Of a DNA stretch of 59,987 nt, positions 57,474 to 59,987 are shown one piece after another. Every line of letters starts with the position of its first letter. The stretch's first letter is position 1. Source of the stretch: a virus (taxonomy: Duplodnaviria; Caudoviricetes); the IMG/VR virus record IMGVR_UViG_3300041779_000001, positions 1 to 59,987 of that record. The stretch is one strand, 5' to 3'. Below the pieces are notes generated by a model that was not told the DNA's origin, searched no databases, and saw only the letters and a program-made list of their open reading frames with translations. Made by a program: the position numbers and the translations under genes.

Positions 57474-58513
57474 TGAGAACCTACAAAGCTGATACCATGA
57501 CAGAGCTCCATGACAAGATGATTCTGTCTCTGGTGCAGGCCTCAGATAAGGACCTCGATGTAATCTCCAATGTCGACGTCCAGATTCACAATGTCATGGG
57601 CTATGCCGAAACTATGGACTGGGACTTCGATCTGAAGACTCTGTGGCTCACCAAGTCACGCTGGTCCATGATGGTCAAGCAGTACCTCGACCCCGATGAA
57701 CTGACGGCCTGGATCGATCAGTGCACGGCAAGGATCGGTCGCAAGGGCCGAGGGATCGCCGTCCTACGCACTCGGATCGTAAAGCCGAGGGGTGGGGCCG
57801 CAACTGGGCATACGAATCGAGAGACTCGACGCTGGGGCTCCTGTATGCTGAATCTCAGCTACAAAGCCTTGCCCCGACCGCAAATCACCTTGCACTCGCG
57901 TACCTCCTATCTTGGTTACATCGGAGCTCTCGATCTCTCAGTTGCCTGGATGGCCGCCAAGTATTTGGCTGATGAGATGGGGATGGAGGTCAAAGACTTC
58001 TCCTTCCTTTGGTACAACGAGGCCATCCAGTGGCACAACTTCAAGAGCATGGCTTGGATGCTCTGCAATCCCGATCCCGAACTCAGGTCGATGTATCGGC
58101 GGTTCTTGACCAAGCCGATGTCCAAGCTCTCTGAGGTCGAGCTCGCGGTCATCGCTGAATCGCCGGCAATTCGCATGACCAGGGCATGGCTCCTCAAGGT
58201 GCGCAAGGAAGATGCGGCAGGGGCCACCTATGGTGACATGACCTACAATACTTACCGACGTATCAGACGACGCTGGCATACCGAGGTACTCGGCCTCGAG
58301 AAAGCCAAGACCTTCGAGGGCTGGTCCAAGTACAGGGTCGGTCCGAAGGTCGGTGAGAACAAGGAGTTCTTCAAGGCATATCACGAGCTGCCGTCGGTGT
58401 GGATCAGCGAATGCGATTTCTCGGCAATCAAGATGCCGGCAGGTCAGCGATACGGAGGAGACTATGTGCAGGGGATTGACGGGGAGGAAGATGAGTTCGA
58501 TGACAACGAGTGA
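57473..58513 (+). CDS. Divergent thymidylate-synthase-fold protein
   Basis: GSC-x18-R(TSYLGYIGAL)D resembles the TS C146...R166...N177 spacing; V.QYLD. Confidence 0.6.
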   Translation: MRTYKADTMTELHDKMILSLVQASDKDLDVISNVDVQIHNVMGYAETMDWDFDLKTLWLTKSRWSMMVKQYLDPDELTAWIDQCTARIGRKGRGIAVLRTRIVKPRGGAATGHTNRETRRWGSCMLNLSYKALPRPQITLHSRTSYLGYIGALDLSVAWMAAKYLADEMGMEVKDFSFLWYNEAIQWHNFKSMAWMLCNPDPELRSMYRRFLTKPMSKLSEVELAVIAESPAIRMTRAWLLKVRKEDAAGATYGDMTYNTYRRIRRRWHTEVLGLEKAKTFEGWSKYRVGPKVGENKEFFKAYHELPSVWISECDFSAIKMPAGQRYGGDYVQGIDGEEDEFDDNE

Positions 58514-58970
58514 AAATGACTGCGGAGGTCTCTGGAACTGCACTTTGCCTGCCGGGCATAACAAGGGCAAAGCTGATATTCGGGAGAATCATCATAACTG
58601 CAGCACGTGCCAGTGCGGCTACTGTGATGGTGGACCTTGTTGCCGGGGGGTGTTCAGTGTAGATGAAGCTCAACCTTATCCCCCCAAGCCCAAAGGAGCT
58701 TTCCAGGGTGATGACAAAGTTCTGGGTATGACTGAGGGGACCTTCAAACCTGGGCCTAGTAGTCTAATCAACATTAGTGACCCCTTCTCTCCACTCCAAC
58801 TTCAGCTGGTGGTCACCCACAATAACGAGAAGGTCACCTATCACCCCGTCGGTACAGATAGGCCCTGGAGGATCGATGCTGGTCTTCGCGAGCTGGTAAT
58901 TGGCAAGGGTGTTGGTAGGGTGATGCTGCCCCTCTGCAATATCCTGTACTACTCGCTAGAGCAATACTGA
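58500..58970 (+). CDS. Cys-rich hypothetical protein
   Basis: CGG..NC...GH, CSTCQCGYC..CC. Confidence 0.55.
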   Translation: MTTSENDCGGLWNCTLPAGHNKGKADIRENHHNCSTCQCGYCDGGPCCRGVFSVDEAQPYPPKPKGAFQGDDKVLGMTEGTFKPGPSSLINISDPFSPLQLQLVVTHNNEKVTYHPVGTDRPWRIDAGLRELVIGKGVGRVMLPLCNILYYSLEQY

Positions 58971-59024
58971 ACTTGAGGCGGGGCGGCTTCCCTCGGGAGG
59001 TCGCCTCGCGGTGAGGAAAACCCC

Positions 59025-59909
59025 ATGAGGTTGTACGCATCCAGTACATTCGAGGATCTGCCCAAGATGATCATCCGAGACTTTGTTGAACGAGCCGAGG
59101 AGGTTGATGTCGGCGAATGGCAATCGCGCGATATCAAGGGCGATCGCTCAAAGGTCACTTGGGAGCTCAGGGAAGCATCTCTGCATTTCGGGCTCATCAA
59201 CTCGATCGTTGGGGCAGCACAGGCGATCCAACCAAACCTGCCCTGGGCTGAGGACCACTTCCGCGAACGAGTCGGGGGAGAACCACTTAACCCGCCGCCT
59301 TCCCAGGCCTGGTGGCCGTTTGCCCAGGAAGGCCATAAAGATCACCTCGTCGGGGGAAAATTCTCCCACACCTATCCTGAACGATTCTGGCCCAAGCATG
59401 CGGCCCATGATCGATCGAATTGTCCCCATGTTGCCGAGATGCAAGACGGCAAGGATTCTGGCTACTACAGTAATTCCTGGGGTTGTAGCTACGGTGACCA
59501 TCGCGGGGTCAGGTTCGAGTATGGCGACTACAATGACGTGATCGATCGTCTGGTCAAGAACCCCCTCACTCGTCAGGCCTACCTCCCCATCTATTTCCCC
59601 GAAGATAACGGGGTGCCGGAGGGTGAGCGCGTGCCTTGTACGCTGGGGTATCTGTTCATGGTACGCAACAACCAGCTCCACCTCACCTACTACATGAGGT
59701 CCTGTGACTTCATGCGGCATTGGCGAGATGACGTCTATATGGCCAATCGTCTGGCTATAGACGCTATGGATCAACTGAACTACCACCTGTCCCCGGATCA
59801 CCCTCAGATCACCCTCGGGGACATGGCAATGCACATCGGCTCTCTGCACGTCTTCGAGGGTGACATGGCAATGCTAGAATACCTGCACAAGGAGAATAAG
59901 AATGCCTAG
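59025..59909 (+). CDS. Thymidylate-synthase-family enzyme, dCMP hydroxymethylase-like
   Basis: TRQAYLPI, VPCTL, YMRSCDFMRHWRDD, IGSLHVF; Asp at the N177-equivalent position. Confidence 0.85.
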   Translation: MRLYASSTFEDLPKMIIRDFVERAEEVDVGEWQSRDIKGDRSKVTWELREASLHFGLINSIVGAAQAIQPNLPWAEDHFRERVGGEPLNPPPSQAWWPFAQEGHKDHLVGGKFSHTYPERFWPKHAAHDRSNCPHVAEMQDGKDSGYYSNSWGCSYGDHRGVRFEYGDYNDVIDRLVKNPLTRQAYLPIYFPEDNGVPEGERVPCTLGYLFMVRNNQLHLTYYMRSCDFMRHWRDDVYMANRLAIDAMDQLNYHLSPDHPQITLGDMAMHIGSLHVFEGDMAMLEYLHKENKNA

Positions 59910-59987
59910 CACATGGATTCCGCCCAAAGGCAAGGTCTACACCATCGCGGTCGACTTCGACGGGGTCATCCATGACTACCATCGGGG
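59862..59987. repeat. Second copy of the 126-bp terminal repeat
   Basis: Identical to 2-127. Confidence 0.97.

Noticed and set aside
59025-59909. Ordinary thymidylate synthase thyA
   Set aside because: Asp rather than Asn at the specificity position; symbol withheld
1-59987. Integrase/repressor, reverse transcriptase/DGR, intein, intron or transposase
   Set aside because: No matching motifs recognised; PolA, TerL and helicases are uninterrupted

Overview
The window is an essentially complete, circularly closed ~59.86 kb tailed-phage genome (bases 2-127 repeat at 59862-59987). It has siphovirus architecture and no integrase or repressor cassette that I can recognise. A Streptomyces-like actinobacterial host is inferred from DUF397, an r1t holin, leaderless genes and TTGAC-N17/18-TANNNT promoters. 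Modules: nucleotide metabolism and replication across the junction (~54.4 kb through 1 to ~8.5 kb); small minus-strand genes with their own promoters (8.5-12.8 kb); primase-helicase (13.2-15.3 kb); a compositionally odd, promoter-dense region (17.2-22 kb); accessory genes (22-28 kb); head and tail genes (28-47 kb); lysis genes and a tail fibre (47-51.3 kb); a structured non-coding zone (52.1-52.9 kb). Main leads: (1) a two-hairpin small RNA at ~6939-7070 whose loop is exactly antisense (10-15 nt) to a TGACCGAGGAGG leader motif in front of nine promoter-proximal genes, a candidate phage sRNA regulon; (2) a T4-like cytosine-modification pathway with two thymidylate-synthase-fold enzymes, both with Asp at the dUMP/dCMP specificity position, plus a PolA with a degenerate UDG domain; (3) extreme strand-specific dinucleotide exclusion in the putative early region; (4) two tRNA-like elements; (5) an orphan DUF397, a Tad2-like protein and a JAB protease. 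Family calls come from motifs read by eye; no searches were run.
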